Positions 23,401-36,700 of a stretch of DNA of 64,000 nt are shown piece after piece; position 1 is the stretch's first letter; each line of letters begins with the position of its first letter. Source of the DNA: Lingula anatina (Eukaryota; Animalia; Brachiopoda); NCBI GenBank assembly GCA_051362555.1, contig CM120643.1:12932644-12996643 (forward strand). The letters run 5' to 3'. Below the pieces are notes generated by a model. It had not been told where the DNA came from and ran no database searches. It saw only the letters and a program-made list of their open reading frames with translations. The position numbers and the translations under genes were made by a program.

Positions 23401-26400
23401 AGTGATTTTCGTAAGGTCCGAATATGGCAGTTTTCTTCAATTTTGGCCAGGTAGGGATGAAAAATTTTTTTCTTCAATATTGTGTCAGGTAGGTGTGTTT
23501 GGTCATTTGTAGTGAGGGTAAAGTACTGGAAGAGTGGTTGTGTCATTATTAAGGAAGAAATAGAGCAAAAACTCTCTCCACCCCCCCACTCTCCAAATCC
23601 TATTCTCAGGTGTGCTTTCTGGCAATCTTTAAAGCTGAAATTGGGGGCTTTAATGAAGTGATCCGGGCGCGTTTCCACATTTTTTATGAATGACAGGTGT
23701 GCTAAATTGATTTTCCTGACTATTTGGAAAAATTGGTGACGGGTCATTTTTGGGTGATTTTGAATGATTTTCGTAAGGTCCGGATATAGCAGTTTTCTTC
23801 AATTTTGGCCAGGTAGGGGTGAAAATTTTTTTTCTTCAATATTGTGTCAGGTAGGTGTATTTGGTCATTTGTAGTGAGGGTAAAGTACTGGAAGAGTGGT
23901 TTTGTCATTATTAAGAAAGAAGTAGAGCAAAAACTCTCTCCCCCCCCCTCTCTCCAAATCCTGTTCTCAGGTGTGCTTTCTGGCAATCTTTAAAGCTGAA
24001 ATTGGGGGCTTTAATGAAATGATCCGGGGACGTTTTTCACATTTTTATGAATGATAGGTGTGATAAATTGATTTTCATGACTTTTTGGAGAAATTGGTGA
24101 CGGGTCATTTTTGGGTGATTTTGAGTGATTTTCGTAACGTCCGGATATGGCAGTTTTCTTCAATTTTGGCCAGGTAGGGATGAAATTTTTTTTTCTTCAA
24201 TCTAGTGTCAGGTAGGTGTGTTTGGTCATTTGTAGTGAGGGTAAAGTACTGGAAGAGTGGTTGTGTCTTTATTAAGGAAGAAATAGAGCAAAAACTCTCT
24301 CCACCCCCCCCCCCCTCTCCAAATCCTGTTCTCAGGTGTGCTTTCTGGCAATGTTTAAAGCTGAAATTGGGGGCTTTAATGAAGTGATCCGGGCGCGTTT
24401 CCACATTTTTTATGAATGACGGGTTTGATAAATTGATTTTCATGACTTTTTGGAAAAATTGGTGACGGGTCATTTTTGGGTGATTTTGAGTGATTTTCGT
24501 AAGGTCCGGATATGGCAGTTTTCTTCAATTTTGGCCAGGTAGGGATGAAAAATTTTTTTCTTCAATATTGTGTCAGGTAGGTGTATTTGGTCATTTGTAG
24601 TGAGGGTAAAGTACTGGAAGAGTGGTTTTGTCATTATTAAGAAAGAAGTAGAGCAAAAACTCTCTCCCCCCCCCTCTCTCTCCAAATCCTGTTCTCAGGT
24701 GTGCTTTCTGGCAATCTTTAAAGCTGAAATTGGGGGCTTTAATGAAATGATCCGGGGGCGTTTTTCACATTTTTATGAATGATAGGTGTGATAAATTGAT
24801 TTTCATGACTTTTTGGAGAAATTGGTGACGGGTCATTTTTGGGTGATTTTGAGTGATTTTCGTAACGTCCGGATATGGCAGTTTTCTTCAATTTTGGCCA
24901 GGTAGGGATGAAATTTTTTTTTCTTCAATATTGTGTCAGGTAGGTGTGTTTGGTCATTTGTAGTGAGGGTAAAGTACTGGAAGAGTGGTTGTGTCATTAT
25001 TAAGGAAGAAATAGAGCAAAAACTCTCTCCACACCCCCCACTCTCCAAATCCTGTTCTTAGGTGTGCTTTCTGGCAATCTTTAAAGCTGAAATTGGGGGC
25101 TTTAATGAAGTGATCTGGGCGCGTTTCCACATTTTTTATGAATGACAGGTGTGGTAAATTGATTTTCATGAATTTTTGGAGAAATTGGTGACGGGTCATT
25201 TTTGGGTGATTTTGAGTGATTTTCGTAAGGTCCGGATATGGCAGTTTTCTTCAATTTTGGCCAGGTAGGGATGAAAAATTTTTTTCTTCAATATTGTGTC
25301 AGGTAGGTGTGTTTGGTCATTTGTAGTGAGGGTAAAGTACTGGAAGAGTGGTTTTGTCATTATTAAGGAAGAAATAGAGCAAAATCTCTCTCCACCCCCC
25401 CTCTCTCCAAATCCTGTTCTTAGGTGTGCTTTTTGGCAATCTTTAAAGCTGAAATTGGGGGCTTTAATGAAGTGATCCGGGCGCGTTTCCACTTTTTTTA
25501 TGAATGACAGGTGTGGTAAATTGATTTTCATGACATTTTGGAAAAATTGGTGACGGGTCATTTTTGGGTGATTTTGAGTGATTTTCGTAAGGTCCGAATA
25601 TGGCAGTTTTCTTCAATTTTGGCCAGGTAGGGATGAAAAATTTTTTTCTTCAATATTGTGTCAGGTAGGTGTGTTTGGTCATTTGTAGTGAGGGTAAAGT
25701 ACTGGAAGAGTGGTTGTGTCATTATTAAGGAAGAAATAGAGCAAAAACTCTCTCCACCCCCCCCCCCCTTCTCTCTCCAAATCCTGTTCTCAGGTGTGCT
25801 TTCTGGCAATCTTTAAAGCTGAAATTGGGGGCTTTAATGAAGTGATCCGGGCGCGTTTCCACATTTTTTATGAATGACAGGTGTGGTAAATTGATTTTCA
25901 TGAATTTTTGGAAAAATTGGTGACGGGTCATTTTTGGGTGATTTTGAGTGATTTTCGTAAGGTCCAGATATGGCAGTTTTCTTCAATTTTGGCCAGGTAG
26001 GGATGAAAATTTTTTTTCTTCAATATTGTGTCAGGTAGGTGTGTTTGGTCATTTGTAGTGAGGGTAAAGTACTGAAAGAGTGGTTTTGTCATTATTAAGG
26101 AAGAAATAGAGCAAAAACTCTCTCCTCCCCCCCCTCTCTCTAAATCCTGTTCTCAGGTGTGCTTTCTGGCAATCTTTAAAGCTGAAATTGGGGGCTTTAA
26201 TGAAGTGATCCGGGCGCGTTTCCACATTTTTTATTAATGACAGGTGTGGTAAATTGATTTTCATGAATTTTTGGAAAAATTGGTGACAGGTCATTTTTGG
26301 GTGATTTTGAGTGATTTTCGTAAGGTCCGGATATAGCAGTTTTCTTCAATTTTGGCCAGGTAGGGATGAAAAATTTTTTCTTCAATATTGTGTCAGGTAG

Positions 26401-27389
26401 GTGTGTTTGGTCATTTGTAGTGAGGGTAAAGTACTGGAAGAGTGGTTGTGTCATTATTAAGGAAGAAATAGAGCAAAAACTCTCTCCACCCCCACCCCCC
26501 TCTCTCTCCAAATCCTGTTCTCAGGTGTGCTTTCTGGCAATATTTAAAGCTGAAATTGGGGGCTTTAATGAAGTGATCTGGGCGCGTTTCCACATTTTTT
26601 ATGAATGACAGGTGTGGTAAATTGATTTTCATGACTTTTTGGAAAAATTGGTGACGGGTCATTTTTGGGTGATTTTGAGTGATTTTCGTAAGGTGATATG
26701 GCAGTTTTCTGCAATTTTGGCCAGGTAGGGATGAAAAATTTTTTTCTTCAATATTGTGTCAGGTAGGTGTGTTTGGTCATTTGTAGTGATGGTAAAGTAC
26801 TGGAAGAGTGGTTTTGTCATTATTAAGGAAGAAATAGAGGAAAATCTCTCTTAACCCCCCCCCCCCCACCAATCTCCAAATCCTGTTCTCAGGTGTGCTT
26901 GCTGGCAATCTTTAAAGGTAAAATTGGGGGCTTTAATGAAGTGATCCGGGCGCGTTTCCACATTTTTTATGAATGACAGGTGTGGTAAATTGATTTTCAT
27001 GAATTTTTGGAAAAATTGGTGACTGATCATTTTTGGGTGATTTTGAGTGATTTTCGTAAGGTCCGGATATGGCAGTTTTCTTCAATTTTGGCCAGATAGG
27101 GATGAAAAATTTTTTTCTTCAATATTGTGTCAGGTAGGTGTGTTTGGTCATTTGTAGTGAGGGTAAAGTACTGGAAGAGTGGTTGTGTCATTATTAAGGA
27201 AGAAATAGAGCAAAAACTCTCTCCTACCCCCCCTCTCTCTAAATCCTGTTCTCAGGTGTGCTTTCTGGCAATCTTTAAAGCTGAAATTGGGGGCTTTAAT
27301 GAAGTGATTCGGGCGCGTTTCCACATTTTTTATTAATGACAGGTGTGGTAAATTGATTTTCATGAATTTTTGGAAAAATTGGTGACGGG

Positions 27390-27619
27390 TCATTTTTGGG
27401 TGATTTTGAGTGATTTTCGTAATGTCCGGATATGGCAGTTTTCTTCAATTTTGGCCAGATAGGGATGAAAAATTTTTTTCTTCAATATTGTGTCAGGTAG
27501 GTGTGTTTGGTCATTTGTAGTGAGGGTAATAAAGTGATCTGGGCGCGTTTCCACATTTTTTATGAATGACAGGTGTGGTAAATTGATTTTCATGACTTTT
27601 TGGAAAAATTGGTGACGGG
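27390..27619. repeat. Truncated 230-bp monomer, copy 4
   Basis: Same junction at ~27522-27539. Identical ORF 27390..27623. Confidence 0.95.
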
Positions 27620-30600
27620 TCATTTTTGGGTGATTTTGAGTGATTTTCGTAAGGTCCGGATATGGCAGTTTTCTTCAATTTTGGCCAGGTAGGGATGAAA
27701 ATTTTTTTTCTTCAATATTGTGTTAGGTAGATGTGTTTGGTCATTTGTAGTGAGGGTATAGTACTGGAAGAGTGGTTTTGTCATTATTAAGGAAGAAATA
27801 GAGCAAAAACTCTCTCCACCCCCCCTCTCTCCAAATCCTGTTCTTAGGTGTGCTTTCTGGCAATCTTTAAAGCTGAAATTGGGGGCTTTAATGAAGTGAT
27901 CCGGGCGCGTTTCCACTTTTTTTATGAATGACAGGTGTGGTAAATTGATTTTCATGACTTTTGGAAAAATTGGTGACGGGTCATTTTTGGGTGATTTTGA
28001 GTGATTTTCGTAAGGTCCGAATATGGCAGTTTTCTTCAATTTTGGCCAGGTAGGGATGAAAAATTTTTTTCTTCAATATTGTGTCAGGTAGGTGTGTTTG
28101 GTCATTTGTAGTGAGGGTAAAGTACTGGAAGAGTGGTTGTGTCATTATTAAGGAAGAAATAGAGCAAAAACTCTCTCCTCCCCCCCCTCTCTCTAAATCC
28201 TGTTCTCAGGTGTGCTTTCTGGCAATCTTTAAAGCTGAAATTGGGGGCTTTAATGAAGTGATCCGGGCGCGTTTCCACATTTTTTATTAATGACAGGTGT
28301 GGTAAATTGATTTTCATGAATTTTTGGAAAAATTGGTGACGGGTCATTTTTGGGTGATTTTGAGTGATTTTCGTAAGGTCCGGATATAGCAGTTTTCTTC
28401 AATTTTGGCCAGGTAGGGATGAAAACTTTTTTTCTTCAATATTGTGTCAGGTAGGTGTGTTTGGTCATTTGTAGTGAGGGTAAAGTACTGGAAGAGTGGT
28501 TGTGTCATTATTAAGGAAGAAATAGAGCAAAAACTCTCTCCACCCCCACCCCCCTCTCTCTCCAAATCCTGTTCTCAGGTGTGCTTTCTGGCAATATTTA
28601 AAGCTGAAATTGGGGGCTTTAATGAAGTGATCTAGGCGCGTTTCCACATTTTTTATGAATGACAGGTGTGGTAAATTGATTTTCATGACTTTTTGGAAAA
28701 ATTGGTGACGGGTCATTTTTGGGTGATTTTGAGTGATTTTCGTAAGGTCCAGATATGGCAGTTTTCTTCAATTTTGACCAGGTAGGGATGAAAAATTTTT
28801 TTCTTCAATATTGTGTCAGGTAGGTGTGTTTGGTCATTTGTAGTGAGGGTAAAGTACTGGAAGAGTGGTTTTGTCATTATTAAGGAAGAAATAGAGCAAA
28901 ATCTCTCTTAACCCCCCCCCCCCCCCCCAATCTCCAAATCCTGTTCTCAGGTGTGCTTGCTGGCAATCTTTAAAGGTGAAATTGGGGGCTTTAATGAAGT
29001 GATCCAGGCGCGTTTCCACATTTTTTATGAATGACAGGTGTGGTAAATTGATTTTCATGACTTTTTGGAAAAATTGGTGACGGGTCATTTTTGGGTGATT
29101 TTGAGTGATTTTCGTAAGGTCTGGATATGGCAGTTTTCTTCAATTTTGGCCAGTTAGGGATGAAAATTTTTTTTCTTCAATATTGTGTCAGGTAGGTGTG
29201 TTTGGTCATTTGTAGTGAGGGTAAAGTACTGGAAGAGTGGTTGTGTCATTATTAAGGAAGAAATAGAGCAAAAACTCTCTCCACCCCCCCACTCTCCAAA
29301 TCCTATTCTCAGGTGTGCTTTCTGGCAATCTTTAAAGCTGAAATTGGGGGCTTTAATGAAGAGATCCGGGCGCGTTTCCACATTTTTTATCAATGACAGG
29401 TGTGCTAAATTGATTTTCCTGACTATTTGGAAAAATTGGTGACGGGTCATTTTTGGGTGATTTTGAATGATTTTCGTAAGGTCCGGATATGGCAGTTTTC
29501 TTCAATTTTGGCCAGGTAGGGATGAAAATTTTTTTTCTTCAATATTGTGTCAGGTAGGTGTGTTTGGTCATTTGTAGTGAGGGTAAAGTACTGGAAGAGT
29601 GGTTTTGTCATTTTTAAGGAAGAAATATTGCAAAAACTCTCTCCACACCCCCCCCCTCTCTCCAAATCCTGTTCTCAGGTGTGCTTTCTGGCAATCTTTA
29701 AAGCTGAAATTGGGGGCTTTAATGAAGTGATCCGGGCGTGTTTCCACATTTTTTTATGAATGACAGGTGTGGTAAATTGATTTTCATGACTTTTTGGAGA
29801 AATTGGTGATGGGTCATTTTTGGGTGATTTTGAGTGATTTTCGTAACGTCCGGATATGGCAGTTTTCTTCAATTTTGGCCAGGTAGGGATGAAAATTTTT
29901 TTTCTTCAATATTGTGTCAGGTAGGTGTGTTTGGTCATTTGTAGTGAGGGTAAAGTACTGGAAGAGTGGTTTTGTCATTATTAAGGAAGAAATAGAGCAA
30001 AAACTCTCTCCTCCCCCCCCTATCTCTAAATCCTGTTCTCAGGTGTGCTTTCTGGCAATCTTTAAAGCTGAAATTGTTGGCTTTAATGAAGTGATCCGGG
30101 CGCGTTTCCACATTTTTTATTAATGACAGGTGTGGTAAATTGATTTTCATGAATTTTTGGAAAAATTGGTGACGGGTCATTTTTGGGTGATTTTGAGTGA
30201 TTTTCGTAAGGTCCGGATATAGCAGTTTTCTTCAATTTTGGCCAGGTAGGGATGAAAAATTTTTTTCTTCAATATTGTGTCAGGTAGGTGTGTTTGGTCA
30301 TTTGTAGTGAGGGTAAAGTACTGGAAGAGTGGTTTTGTCATTATTAAGGAAGAAATAGAGCAAAATCTCTCTCCACCCCCCCTCTCTCCAAATCCTGTTC
30401 TTAGGTGTGCTTTTTGGCAATCTTTAAAGCTGAAATTGGGGGCTTTAATGAAGTGATCCGGGCGCGTTTCCACTTTTTTTATGAATGACAGGTGTGGTAA
30501 ATTGATTTTCATGACTTTTTGGAAAAATTGGTGACGGGTCATTTTTGGGTGATTTTGAGTGATTTTCGTAAGGTCCGAATATGGCAGTTTTCTTCAATTT

Positions 30601-33600
30601 TGGCCAGGTAGGGATGAAAAATTTTTTTCTTCAATATTGTGTCAGGTAGGTGTGTTTGGTCATTTGTAGTGAGGGTAAAGTACTGGAAGAGTGGTTGTGT
30701 CATTATTAAGGAAGAAATAGAGCAAAAACTCTCTCCACCCCCCCACTCTCCAAATCCTATTCTCAGGTGTGCTTTCTGGCAATCTTTAAAGCTGAAATTG
30801 GGGGCTTTAATGAAGTGATCCGGGCGCGTTTCCACATTTTTTATGAATGACAGGTGTGCTAAATTGATTTTCCTGACTATTTGGAAAAATTGGTGACGGG
30901 TCATTTTTGGGTGATTTTGAATGATTTTCGTAAGGTCCGGATATAGCAGTTTTCTTCAATTTTGGCCAGGTAGGGGTGAAAATTTTTTTTCTTCAATATT
31001 GTGTCAGGTAGGTGTATTTGGTCATTTGTAGTGAGGGTAAAGTACTGGAAGAGTGGTTTTGTCATTATTAAGAAAGAAGTAGAGCAAAAACTCTCTCCCC
31101 CCCCCTCTCTCCAAATCCTGTTCTCAGGTGTGCTTTCTGGCAATCTTTAAAGCTGAAATTGGGGGCTTTAATGAAATGATCCGGGGGCGTTTTTCACATT
31201 TTTATGAATGATAGGTGTGATAAATTGATTTTCATGACTTTTTGGAGAAATTGGTGACGGGTCATTTTTGGGTGATTTTGAGTGATTTTCGTAACGTCCG
31301 GATATGGCAGTTTTCTTCAATTTTGGCCAGGTAGGGATGAAATTTTTTTTTCTTCAATCTAGTGTCAGGTAGGTGTGTTTGGTCATTTGTAGTGAGGGTA
31401 AAGTACTGGAAGAGTGGTTGTGTCTTTATTAAGGAAGAAATAGAGCAAAAACTCTCTCCACCCCCCCCCCTCTCCAAATCCTGTTCTCAGGTGTGCTTTC
31501 TGGCAATGTTTAAAGCTGAAATTGGGGGCTTTAATGAAGTGATCCGGGCGCGTTTCCACATTTTTTATGAATGACGGGTTTGATAAATTGATTTTCATGA
31601 CTTTTTGGAAAAATTGGTGACGGGTCATTTTTGGGTGATTTTGAGTGATTTTCGTAAGGTCCGGATATGGCAGTTTTCTTCAATTTTGGCCAGGTAGGGA
31701 TGAAAAATTTTTTTCTTCAATATTGTGTCAGGTAGGTGTATTTGGTCATTTGTAGTGAGGGTAAAGTACTGGAAGAGTGGTTTTGTCATTATTAAGAAAG
31801 AAGTAGAGCAAAAACTCTCTCCCCCCCCCTCTCTCTCCAAATCCTGTTCTCAGGTGTGCTTTCTGGCAATCTTTAAAGCTGAAATTGGGGGCTTTAATGA
31901 AATGATCCGGGGGCGTTTTTCACATTTTTATGAATGATAGGTGTGATAAATTGATTTTCATGACTTTTTGGAGAAATTGGTGACGGGTCATTTTTGGGTG
32001 ATTTTGAGTGATTTTCGTAACGTCCGGTTATGGCAGTTTTCTTCAATTTTGGCCAGGTAGGGATGAAATTTTTTTTTCTTCAATATTGTGTCAGGTAGGT
32101 GTGTTTGGTCATATGTAGTGAGGGTAAAGTACTGGAAGAGTGGTTGTGTCATTTTTAAGGAAGAAATAGAGCAAAAACTCTCTCCACACCCCCCACTCTC
32201 CAAATCCTGTTCTTAGGTGTGCTTTCTGGCAATCTTTAAAGCTGAAATTGGGGGCTTTAATGAAGTGATCTGGGCGCGTTTCCACATTTTTTATGAATGA
32301 CAGGTGTGGTAAATTGATTTTCATGAATTTTTGGAGAAATTGGTGACGGGTCATTTTTGGGTGATTTTGAGTGATTTTCCTAAGGTCCGGATATGGCAGT
32401 TTTCTTCAATTTTGGCCAGGTAGGGATGAAAAATTTTTTTCTTCAATATTGTGTCAGGTAGGTGTGTTTGGTCATTTGTAGTGAGGGTAAAGTACTGGAA
32501 GAGTGGTTTTGTCATTATTAAGGAAGAAATAGAGCAAAATCTCTCTCCACCCCCCCTCTCTCCAAATCCTGTTCTTAGGTGTGCTTTTTGGCAATCTTTA
32601 AAGCTGAAATTGGGGGCTTTAATGAAGTGATCCGGGCGCGTTTCCACTTTTTTTATGAATGACAGGTGTGGTAAATTGATTTTCATGACATTTTGGAAAA
32701 ATTGGTGACGGGTCATTTTTGGGTGATTTTGAGTGATTTTCGTAAGGTCCGAATATGGCAGTTTTCTTCAATTTTGGCCAGGTAGGGATGAAAAATTTTT
32801 TTCTTCAATATTGTGTCAGGTAGGTGTGTTTGGTCATTTGTAGTGAGGGTAAAGTACTGGAAGAGTGGTTGTGTCATTATTAAGGAAGAAATAGAGCAAA
32901 AACTCTCTCCACCCCCCCACTCTCCAAATCCTATTCTCAGGTGTGCTTTCTGGCAATCTTTAAAGCTGAAATTGGGGCCTTTAATGAAGTGATCCGGGCG
33001 CGTTTCCACATTTTTTATGAATGACAGGTGTGGTAAATTGATTTTCCTGACTTTTTGGAAAAATTGGTGACGGGTCATTTTTGGGTGATTTTGAATGATT
33101 TTCGTAAGGTCCGGATATGGCAGTTTTCTTCAATTTTGGCCAGGTAGGGGTGAAAAATTTTTTTCTTCAATATTGTGTCAGGTAGGTGTATTTGGTCATT
33201 TGTAGTGAGGGTAAAGTACTGGAAGAGTGGTTTTGTCATTATTCAGAAAGAAGTAGAGCAAAAACTCTCTCCTCCCCCCCTCTCTCTCCAAATCCTGTTC
33301 TCAGGTGTGCTTTCTCGCAATCTTTAAAGCTGAAAATGGGGGCTTTAATGAAGTGATCCGGGCGCGTTTCCACTTTTTTTTATGAATGACAGGTGTGGTA
33401 AATTGATTTTCATGACTTTTTGGAAAAGTTGGTGACGGGTCATTTTTGGGTGATTTTGAGTGATTTTCGTAAGGTCCGAATATGGCAGTTTTCTTCAATT
33501 TTGGCCAGGTAGGGATGAAAAATTTTTTTCTTCAATATTGTGTCAGGTAGGTGTGTTTGGTCATTTGTAGTGAGGGTAAAGTACTGGAAGAGTGGTTGTG

Positions 33601-33799
33601 TCATTATTAAGGAAGAAATAGAGCAAAAACTCTCTCCACCCCCCCATTCTCCAAATCCTATTCTCAGGTGTGCTTTCTGGCAATCTTTAAAGCTGAAATT
33701 GGGGGCTTTAATGAAGTGATCTGGGCGCGTTTCCACATTTTTTATGAATGACAGGTGTGGTAAATTGATTTTCCTGACTTTTTGGAGAAATTGGTGACG

Positions 33800-36700
33800 G
33801 GTCATTTTTGGGTGATTTTGAGTGATTTTCGTAACGTCCGGATATGGCAGTTTTCTTCAATATTGGCCAGGTAGGGATGAAAATTTTTTTTCTTCAATAT
33901 TGTATCAGGTAGGTGTGTTTGGTCATTTGTAGTGAGGGTAAAGTACTGGAAGAGTGGTTGTGTCATTATTTAGGAAGAAATAGAGCAAAAACTCTCTCCA
34001 CCCCCCTCTCCAAATCCTGTTCTCAGGTGTGCTTTCTGGCAATCTTTAAAGCTGAAATTGGGGGCTTTAATGAAATGATCCGGGGGCGTTTTTCACATTT
34101 TTATGAATGATAGGTGTGATAAATTGATTTTCATGACTTTTTGGAAAAATTGGTGACGGGTCATTTTTGGGTGATTTTGAGTAATTTTCGTAAGGTCCGG
34201 ATATGGCAGTTTTCTTCAATTTTGGCCAGGTAGGGATAAAAATTTTTTTTCTTCAATATTGTGTCAGGTAGGTGTGTTTGGTCATTTGTAGTGAGGGTAA
34301 AGTACTGGAAGAGTGATTTTGTCATTATTAAGGAAGAAATAGAACAAAAACTCTCTCCACCCCCCCCCCCCTCTCCAAATCCTGTTCTCAGGTGTGCTTT
34401 CTGGTAATCTTTAAAGCTGAAATTGGGGGCTTTAATCAAGTGATCTGGGCGCGTTTCCACATTTTTTTATGAAAGACAGGTGTGGTAAATTGATTTTCAT
34501 GACTTTTTTGGAGAAATTTGTGACGTGTCATTTTTGGGTGATTTTCGTAAGGTCCGGATATGGCAGTATTCTTCAATTTTGGCCAGGTAGGGATGAAAAA
34601 AATTTTTCTTCAATATTGTGTCAGGTAGGTGTGTTTGGTCATTTGTAGTGTGGGTAAAGTACTGGAAGAGTGGTTGTGTCATTATTAAGGAAGAAATAGA
34701 GCAAAAACTCTCTCCACCCCCCCACTCTCCAAATCCTATTCTCAGGTGTGCTTTCTGGCAATCTTTAAAGCTGAAATTGGGGGCTTTAATGAAGAGATCC
34801 AGGCGCGTTTCCACATTTTTTATGAATGACAGGTGTGGTAAATTGATTTTCATTACTTCTTGGAGAAATTGGTGACGGGTTATTTTTGGGTGATTTTGAG
34901 TGATTTTCGTAAGGTCCGGATATGGCAGTTTTCTTCAATTTTGGCCAGGTAGGGATGAAAAATTTTTTTCTTCAATATTGTGTCAGGTAGGTGTGTTTGG
35001 TCATTTGTAGTGAGGGTAAAGTACTGGAAGAGTGGTTTTGTCATTATTAAGGAAGAAATAGAGCAAAAACTCTCTCCACCCCCCCACCCCCTCTCTCCAA
35101 ATCCTGTTCTCAGGTGTGCTTTCTGGCAAGCTTTAAAGCTGAAATTGGGGGCTTTAATGAAGTGATCCGGGCGCATTTCCACATTTTTCATGAATGACAG
35201 GTGTGGTAAATTGATTTTCATTACTTTTTGGAGAAATTGGTGATGGGTTATTTTTGGGTGATTTTGAGTGATTTTCGTAAGGTCCGGATATGGCAGTTTT
35301 CTTCAATTTTGGCCAGGTAGGGATGAAAATTTTTTTTCTTCAATATTGTGTCAGGTAGGTGTGTTTGGTCATTTGTAGTGAGGGTAAAGTACTGGAAGAG
35401 TGATTTTGTCATTATTAAGGAAGAAATAGAACAAAAACTCTCTCCACCCCCCCCCCTCTCCAAATCCTGTTCTCAGGTGTGCTTTCTGGTAATCTTTAAA
35501 GCTGAAATTGGGGGCTTTAATCAAGTGATCTGGGCGCGTTTCCACATTTTTTTATGAATGACAGGTGTGATAAATTGATTTTCATGAATTTTTGGAAAAA
35601 TTGGTGACGGGTCATTTTTGAGTGATTTTGAGTGATTTTCGTAAGGTCCGGATATGGCAGTTTTCTTCAATTTTGGCCAGGTAGGGATGAAAAATTTTTT
35701 TCTTCAATATTGTGTCAGGTAGGTGTGTTTGGTCATTTGTAGTGAGGGTAAAGTACTGGAAGAGTGATTTTGTCATTATTAAGGAAGAAATAGAGCAAAA
35801 ACTCTCTCCACCCCCCCCTCTCCAAATCCTATTCTCAGGTGTGCATTCTGGCAATCTTTAAAGCTGAAATTGAGGGCTTTAATGAAGTGATCCGGGCGCG
35901 TTTCCACATTTTTTATGAATGACAGGTGTGGTAAATTGATTTTCATGACTTTTTGGAGAAATTGGTGACGGGTCATTTTTGGGTGATTTTGAGTGATTTT
36001 CGTTAGGTCCGGATATGGCAGTTTTCTTCAATTTTGGCCAGGTAGGGATGAAAAATTTTTTTCTTCAATATTGTGTCAGGTAGGTGTGTTTGGTCATTTG
36101 TAGTGAAGCGGTGTACTGGAAGAGTGGTTTTGTCATTATTAAGGAAGAAATAGAACAAAAACTCTCTCCACCCCCCCCCCCCCTCTCCAAATCCTGTTCT
36201 CAGGTGTGCTTTCTGGTAATCTTAAAAGCTGAAATTGGGGGCTTTAATCAAGTGATCTGGGCGCGTTTCCACATTTTTTTATTAATGACAAGTGTGGTAA
36301 ATTGATTTTCATGACTTTTTTGGAGAAATTGGTGACGGGTCAATTTTGGGTGATTTTCGTAAGGTCCGGATATGGCAGTATTCTTCAATTTTGGCCAGGT
36401 AGGGATGAAAAAATTTTTTCTTCAATATTGTGTCAGGTAGGTGTGTTTGGTCATTTGTAGTGAGGGTAAAGTACTGGAAGAGTGGTTTTGTCATTATTAA
36501 GGAAGAAATAGAGCAAAAACTCTCTCCACCCCCCCACTCTCCAAATCCTATTCTCAGGTGTGCTTTCTGGCAATCTTTCACGCTGAAATTGGGGGCTTTA
36601 ATGAAGTGATCCGGGCGCGTTTCCACATTTTTTATGAATGACAGGTGTGGTAAATTGATTTTCATGACTTTTTGGAGAAATTGGTGACGGGTCATTTTTG

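Larger units (their letters stand above)
18935..32905. repeat. Tandem ~7.15-kb (20-monomer) higher-order duplication: ~18935-25750 and ~26088-32905
   Basis: Near-constant ORF offset 7153-7157 (19974/27127, 21998/29154, 23020/30177, 25196/32351) with the same rare variants (e.g. CAATCTAGTG, GACATTTTGG). Confidence 0.93.

Noticed and set aside
18935-32905. Large duplications as a pure assembly artefact
   Set aside because: Copies carry private substitutions (e.g. ~19410, ~20860, ~28634, ~32113), which favours real duplication. This cannot be fully excluded without reads.
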